Source: Collinsella sp. (GTDB lineage: Bacteria; Actinomycetota; Coriobacteriia; Coriobacteriales; Coriobacteriaceae). From it: DNA of 64,000 nucleotides. The translations under genes were made by a program, and so were the position numbers. Below the pieces are notes generated by a model. The model was not told where the DNA came from, made no database searches, and saw only the letters and a program-made list of their open reading frames with translations. The stretch is from contig DBEWRE010000003.1 in the NCBI GenBank assembly GCA_048207125.1, forward strand, positions 3,846 through 67,845. The letters run 5' to 3'. Within the stretch, counting starts at the first letter, position 1. Each line of letters opens with the position of its first letter. Positions 63,516-64,000 of the stretch are shown piece after piece.

Positions 63516-64000
63516 CTACGCCTCCTTATGAAAGTCGGTACGAGCGCGGTCGAGCGCCTCGAACATCTCATCAAGGGTTGCAAACGGATCCTCCGCAGCG
63601 ACGATGCCGGATGTTCCACCCGTAGCGTCGGCGCCGTACTTGATGGCGTCGTATACGTTTTGTCCAGTTGAAATGCCGGCCGCCTGCAGCACCTTGGTCT
63701 GCGGGGATACAGCCTTCACGGCCTCGGTCGACGCGCGCATGTAGTCTTCGCCCGCAACCTGGCCGGTACCGATAAGGCTTGTCAGCTCGCACACCATCAC
63801 GTCGGGATGCAGGCCGGCGATCCACTCGCCCTCTTCCACCGAATCGGCGCACACAACGGTAAGAATGCCCACCTCGTTGGCGCGGGCGATGGTTGATGCA
63901 AGCTCGTGAACGGTGCAGGGATTCTCCGCATGATTGAGAAACGTTGCCTTGACGCCCGCGGCCGCAAGAGCCTCGGGAAGCACGTGGCCCATGCCTCGAC
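63516..64000 (-). CDS. triose-phosphate isomerase family protein (archaeal-type), 5' end outside window
   Basis: LNHAEN contains the catalytic His and VCELTSLIGTG the catalytic Glu; GGTSGIV is also present. The reading frame stays open to the window edge, so the gene is partial. Confidence 0.7.
   Translation of the reverse strand, partial: RGMGHVLPEALAAAGVKATFLNHAENPCTVHELASTIARANEVGILTVVCADSVEEGEWIAGLHPDVMVCELTSLIGTGQVAGEDYMRASTEAVKAVSPQTKVLQAAGISTGQNVYDAIKYGADATGGTSGIVAAEDPFATLDEMFEALDRARTDFHKEA

Overview
High-GC actinobacterial chromosome segment. The gene content (FabK-type FAS II, Ech-type [NiFe]-hydrogenase, flavodiiron protein, Gat-family PTS) suggests an anaerobic Coriobacteriia-like organism, but this is an inference and no taxon can be proven from the window. 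About 55 genes are packed almost entirely on the minus strand. Long plus-strand ORFs in the track are mostly antisense shadows typical of high-GC DNA. Order from left to right: two tandem NodB-type deacetylase paralogues (the second catalytically degenerate), then a PRC-barrel-like/YtxH pair. Next comes an AT-rich spacer with a candidate small toxic-peptide ORF plus convergent sRNA, then the CNNM/CorC and hemolysin III membrane proteins. A small AT-rich islet follows, with a truncated ATPase and short tandem motifs, then a DUF362 Fe-S protein. Next is a compact 5-gene group 4 (Ech-like) [NiFe]-hydrogenase operon whose two membrane subunits are fused into one 958-aa protein. Three of its peripheral subunits carry Ala/Lys/Glu-rich tails. 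After it come a flavodiiron protein (FprA) and an EF-G paralogue with a degenerate GTPase G3 motif. A complete 11-gene ACC + FAS II operon (acpP-accBCDA-fabHKDGFZ) follows and ends in a MarR regulator and a GNAT. Then come housekeeping genes: RumA-type methyltransferase, lipase, FmdE, PHP phosphatase, aminotransferase, ftsH-hpt-tilS, Hsp20, cysteine desulfurase, phosphoglucomutase, tRNA-Lys(UUU), M29 aminopeptidase and purC. The right end holds an OmpR/HK two-component pair and a Gat-family PTS/class II aldolase locus with TIM-like and YjbQ genes that runs off the window edge. No rRNA, CRISPR array, transposase or integrase was seen. All family calls come from motifs read by eye and from memory. 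No searches were run.
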